Positions 56,436 to 56,496 of a DNA stretch of 56,496 nt are shown here, one piece after another. Location of the stretch: positions 1-56,496 of the forward strand of contig CAYRXU010000004.1 in the NCBI GenBank assembly GCA_964428325.1. Reading direction: 5' to 3'. The stretch is from Candidatus Woesearchaeota archaeon. Its GTDB lineage: Archaea > Nanobdellota > Nanobdellia > Pacearchaeales > GW2011-AR1. How positions within the stretch are numbered: position 1 is the stretch's first letter; every line of letters begins with the position of its first letter. A model generated the notes under the pieces. The model saw only the letters and a list, made by a program, of their open reading frames with translations. It was not told the DNA's origin and made no database searches. A program made the translations under genes and the position numbers.

Positions 56436-56496
56436 TCCTTTCTTACCTGCATCGAAAGCTCGACCGACATATCTCTTCCCAGAGGTAGATTCACCA

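Overview
Archaeal genomic DNA, most likely from a small-genome DPANN archaeon (Pacearchaeota/Woesearchaeota-like; the taxon is an inference from gene content and style). It has archaeal information genes (rpoE1, spt4, rps24e, rps27ae, rfcS/L, archaeal-type pheS/T and hisS), CCA-less tRNAs, a BHB-type tRNA intron, and TATA boxes about 29 nt upstream of many starts. The first 18.4 kb is an integrative element inserted in the 3' end of tRNA-Glu(TTC), with a 13-bp att duplication at 44-56 and 18460-18472 and 41-bp inverted arms just inside both ends. It carries a tyrosine integrase and a Type I R-M operon interleaved with two HEPN genes, a PIN gene, a small membrane protein and an unannotated 47-aa Arg-rich peptide. 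It also carries a tightly coupled radical SAM / DUF2064 / NMP-kinase / CYTH operon of unknown product, plus regulator, methyltransferase, GNAT and EamA modules. A second, integrase-less 1.3-kb element with a homologous right end sits in the 3' end of the intron-containing tRNA-Glu(CTC); it carries a RelE-type toxin-antitoxin pair and a HExxH protein. The rest is core and surface-protein territory. It includes an unidentified ~164-nt structured RNA with its own TATA box, apparently leaderless tRNA promoters, two divergent diadenylate cyclases (one with a possible -1 frameshift), and a HerA-type ATPase near a set of paralogous membrane proteins. All family calls are by-eye motif recognition; no database searches were run.
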